The notes beneath the pieces are model-generated. The model had not been told where the DNA came from. It saw only the letters and a program-made list of their open reading frames with translations, and did not search any database. Both the position numbers and the translations under genes were made by a program. A DNA stretch of 63,766 bases, the filler included. It is 4 parts of 4 records of this genome, joined end to end, with 100 filler letters (N's around TTAATTAATTAA, not from the genome) between each part and the next. Parts side by side here need not be neighbours in the genome. Positions count along the whole stretch, not along the records: positions 57,897 to 63,766 come from DRR723986_6638; 3 more parts are not named here. One strand, 5' to 3'. Shown one piece after another: positions 60,667 through 63,766 of the stretch (the first letter of the stretch is position 1; every line of letters starts with the position of its first letter).

Positions 60667-61317
60667 GTGCTGAAACCGCAATTGGTCAAAGCTATTCCCA
60701 ACATCGAGACCTTCCTCCGGCATTGCCAACGGCAGGAGTACCGGGCCAAGAGCGTGATCCTGCGCCAGGGGGAACAGAGCAACTCGCTGTACCTGATCCT
60801 CGACGGGTCGGTCTCGGTGATGGTGGAAGACGAGCAAGACCGTGACCAGATGCTGGTGGTCAGCTATCTCAATCCCGGAGATTTCTTCGGCGAGATGGGC
60901 CTGTTCACCGAGAACGAGGAAGAGGAATCGCGCAGTGCGGTGATCAAGGCCAAGAGTCAGTGCGAAGTGGCCGAGATCACCTACGAGCGCTTCCACCAGA
61001 TTCGCGACCAGTTCCCTGACATCCTGTTTGCCATCGGCAAGCAGATGGGCAGTCGCCTGCGTGCCACCACCCGCAAACTGAAGAACCTTGCCTTTGTCGA
61101 TGTGTCAGGCCGGATCGCCCAGACCCTGCTGGACCTGTGCAAAGAACCGGATGCCATGACCCATCCCGACGGTATGCAGATCAAGATCACCCGCCAGGAA
61201 CTGGCGAAGATCGTTGGCTGTTCCCGGGAAATGGCGGGACGCGTGCTGAAGACGCTGGAAGAGGACGGACTGGTTTCGGTATCGGGCAAGACCATGGTGG
61301 TCTACGGCACCCGCTGA
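60667..61317 (+). CDS. crp: cAMP receptor protein Crp/Vfr
   Basis: GDFFGEMGLF, RSA, LAFVDVSGRIA..LL.L, DAMTHPDGMQIKITRQE, GCSREMAGRVLK, GKTMVVYGTR. Confidence 0.96.
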   Translation: MLKPQLVKAIPNIETFLRHCQRQEYRAKSVILRQGEQSNSLYLILDGSVSVMVEDEQDRDQMLVVSYLNPGDFFGEMGLFTENEEEESRSAVIKAKSQCEVAEITYERFHQIRDQFPDILFAIGKQMGSRLRATTRKLKNLAFVDVSGRIAQTLLDLCKEPDAMTHPDGMQIKITRQELAKIVGCSREMAGRVLKTLEEDGLVSVSGKTMVVYGTR

Positions 61318-61347
61318 GCCGATAGTCGCTGCGCGGCGCTCGCCGCG

Positions 61348-62151
61348 CTAGAAAAATAATTCCCGCAGTTTCTCGCCCGGATCAGCCGCGCGCATAAACG
61401 CCTCGCCGACCAGGAAGGCATTGACCTCGCGCTCACGCATGGCCGACACATCATCGATGCTGTGAATCCCACTTTCGGTAATGACCAGACGATCGTCGGG
61501 AATGTGCGGGAGCAAGCGCCAGGTGGTGTCGAGGCTGGTGTCGAAGGAATGCAGGTCGCGGTTGTTGATACCCACCAGCGGTGTGGCCAGTTCCAGCGCG
61601 CGTTCCAGTTCCGCCCGATCATGCACTTCCACCAGCACATCCACACCGACCTCCTGTGCGGTGACGGCCAGCTCGATCATTTGCGCCTGGTCCAGGGCAG
61701 CCACGATCAGCAGGATCGCGTCCGCACCGATGGCCCGGGCCTCGACCACCTGGTAGGGATCTACAGTGAAATCCTTGCGCAATACCGGCAGGTCGCAGGC
61801 GGCGCGCGCCTGCTGCAGGTAGGCATCGGCGCCCTGGAAAAAATCCACATCGGTAAGCACCGACAGGCAGCAGGCGCCGCCGCGCTGGTAACTGGCGGCG
61901 ATTGCCGCAGGATCGAAGTCCGGCCGGATCACCCCCTTGCTCGGTGAGGCCTTTTTCACCTCGGCGATTACCGCGGGCTGGTCGGCGGCTACTGCCGCCT
62001 GCAGGGCACGGGCAAAGCCACGGGTCGGGTCCTGCTCGCTGATCCGCCCCTCGAGGGACGCCAGCGAAACACGGGCCGAGCGCTCGGCCACTTCCTCCCG
62101 CTTGCGAGCCAGGATCTTGCGCAGGATGGTCGGGGGATTCGTCGCCACCAT
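61348..62151 (-). CDS. trpC: Indole-3-glycerol phosphate synthase
   Basis: [38 protein letters not shown]. Confidence 0.97.
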   Translation of the reverse strand: MVATNPPTILRKILARKREEVAERSARVSLASLEGRISEQDPTRGFARALQAAVAADQPAVIAEVKKASPSKGVIRPDFDPAAIAASYQRGGACCLSVLTDVDFFQGADAYLQQARAACDLPVLRKDFTVDPYQVVEARAIGADAILLIVAALDQAQMIELAVTAQEVGVDVLVEVHDRAELERALELATPLVGINNRDLHSFDTSLDTTWRLLPHIPDDRLVITESGIHSIDDVSAMREREVNAFLVGEAFMRAADPGEKLRELFF

Positions 62152-63195
62152 TCAGCTACCCTGCTCGCGCATCAGGCGGGTGAAGTCGACGAAGGCCTTC
62201 AGCTTTTCTGCTGCCTGACCGGTGGACAGCAGGTCCTCCGCCATGGCAACACCGTCGGCCAGGGTTGCCGCGATGCCGCTGACGAAGATCGTCGCCCCGG
62301 CGTTCAGGGCAATGATGGCAGCGGCCTTCCTCGAGGCCTCGTCCCGCTTGCCGGCCAGGGCATTACGAATCAGCTCGGCGGACTGCTGGGCACTGGTAAC
62401 TTCGAGCCCGTCCAGGGTTTGCACATCCATGCCGAAATCGGCGGGGGTGATCAGGTAGTTACTCACGTTCCCGGCGCGCAGTTCAGAGACCCGGGTGGGG
62501 CCGGCAATGGAGATTTCGTCCAGGCCGTCGTCCGAGTGCACCACCATGGCGTGCACGCTGCCCAGAGCCTTCAGCGCACGCGCCATGGGCTCGCACAGTT
62601 CGGCGGAATACACGCCCAGCACCTGGCGCTGCACCCGGGCCGGGTTGGTGAGCGGCCCCAGGATATTGAACAGGGTGCGCAGGCCCAGCTCGCGCCGCGG
62701 CCCAATCGCATAGCGCATGGCGCTGTGGTGCGCCGGGGCGAACATGAAGCCCATACCCACCACATCGATGGCGCGGGCCACCTGGTCCGGTGACAGGTCC
62801 AGTGGCACTCCCAGGGCTTCCAGCACATCCGAGCTGCCGCTGGTACTGGAGACCGAGCGGTTGCCGTGCTTGGCAACCCGGGCGCCGGCGGCGGCCACCA
62901 CGAAGGTCGAGGCCGTGGACACATTGAACAGGTTCGCCCCGTCACCACCGGTGCCCACCAGGTCGACCAGGCCGTCCAGCGGCACATCAACCGGCGTTGC
63001 CAGGTCGCGCATCACGGTGGCGGCGCCGGCGATCTCGTCGATCGTTTCGCCTTTCATCCGCAGGCCGATCAACAGGCCGCCGATCTGGGCATCGGTGGCA
63101 TCGCCGGACATCACCAGGCGCATCACCGCGGCCATCTCTTCCCGCGACAGGTTCTCGCCGGCGACTATTCGCGCCAGTGCTTCTTGAATCGTCAT
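62152..63195 (-). CDS. trpD: Anthranilate phosphoribosyltransferase
   Basis: GTGGDG, FNVST, KHGNRSVSS.SGSSD, FNILGPLTNP, GLDE. Confidence 0.97.
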   Translation of the reverse strand: MTIQEALARIVAGENLSREEMAAVMRLVMSGDATDAQIGGLLIGLRMKGETIDEIAGAATVMRDLATPVDVPLDGLVDLVGTGGDGANLFNVSTASTFVVAAAGARVAKHGNRSVSSTSGSSDVLEALGVPLDLSPDQVARAIDVVGMGFMFAPAHHSAMRYAIGPRRELGLRTLFNILGPLTNPARVQRQVLGVYSAELCEPMARALKALGSVHAMVVHSDDGLDEISIAGPTRVSELRAGNVSNYLITPADFGMDVQTLDGLEVTSAQQSAELIRNALAGKRDEASRKAAAIIALNAGATIFVSGIAATLADGVAMAEDLLSTGQAAEKLKAFVDFTRLMREQGS

Positions 63196-63766
63196 CAGCT
63201 CCGCTCCCCCTGGGCTTCCTGCTCGAGAAAATTACGCAGCAGATCGTGACCGTGCGCGGTCAGGATCGACTCCGGGTGAAACTGCACCCCCTCGATGGCC
63301 AGCTCCCTGTGCCGCAGGCCCATGATCTCGTCCATCGCGCCGGATTCGGTTTCGGTCCAGGCGGTAATCTCCAGGCAGTCCGGCAGGCTGTCCCGCTCTA
63401 CCACCAGGCTGTGGTAGCGCGTGGCTTCAAAAGGCTGGCTCAGGTTGCGGAACACGCCCTCGCCCCGGTGATGGATGGGAGACGTCTTGCCGTGCATGAC
63501 CTTGCGCGCCCGCACGATCCTGCCGCCGAAGACCTGGCCGATGCACTGGTGGCCCAGGCAGATGCCGAGCAGGGGCAATTTACCGGCATAGGCCTCGATC
63601 ACCGCCATGGAAATCCCCGCTTCATTCGGGGTGCACGGCCCGGGGGATATGACGATTTTCTCCGGCGCCATGGCTGCGATATCGGCCACCGCGATTTCGT
63701 CATTGCGCACCACCTGCACGTCCGCGCCCAGCTCGCCCAGGTACTGCACCACGTTGTAGGTGAAGG
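63195..63766 (-). CDS. trpG: Anthranilate synthase component II / glutamine amidotransferase (5' end off window)
   Basis: [35 protein letters not shown]. Confidence 0.95.
   Translation of the reverse strand, partial: FTYNVVQYLGELGADVQVVRNDEIAVADIAAMAPEKIVISPGPCTPNEAGISMAVIEAYAGKLPLLGICLGHQCIGQVFGGRIVRARKVMHGKTSPIHHRGEGVFRNLSQPFEATRYHSLVVERDSLPDCLEITAWTETESGAMDEIMGLRHRELAIEGVQFHPESILTAHGHDLLRNFLEQEAQGERS

Overview
This window is not one locus. It is four unrelated contigs joined by three identical 100-bp artificial spacers (44 N + TTAATTAATTAA + 44 N) at 24085-24184, 50219-50318 and 57797-57896. Taxonomy below is inferred from gene content and order only. Contig 1 (1-24084) looks like a Roseobacter-group chromosome. 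It carries rsmA(5' end)-surA-lptD-lptG-lptF / pepA-holC, ndk, transporters and a two-component pair, plus accessory genes: a small lipoprotein fused to an S74 autocleaving chaperone domain and a CHAD-ParA-CYTH operon. pdxA is missing from its usual surA-rsmA slot. Contig 2 (24185-50218) looks Hyphomonas-like. It carries murA, a P450, tRNA-Thr(GGT) followed by an island remnant with 'mobile mystery' proteins A/B and a triple 33-bp-phased operator, a TonB receptor/S9/M3 peptidase locus, glpK, a decayed endolysin-holin fusion and a heterodimeric methylmalonyl-CoA mutase operon. Contig 3 (50319-57796) is a very GC-rich alphaproteobacterial catabolic cluster (TctA, two PrpF-family isomerases, ThDP enzyme, 2-hydroxyacid dehydrogenase, LysR, TauE). 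Contig 4 (57897-63766) is gammaproteobacterial (purD, coq7, osmC-like, crp/vfr, trpC-trpD-trpG) with a ~190-bp nested palindrome. No CRISPR array, rRNA, integrase or transposase was seen. The best candidates for undescribed systems are the CHAD-ParA-CYTH operon (possible polyphosphate-granule positioning or turnover module) and the S74-processed lipopeptide. All family calls are by eye from motifs; no database searches were run.
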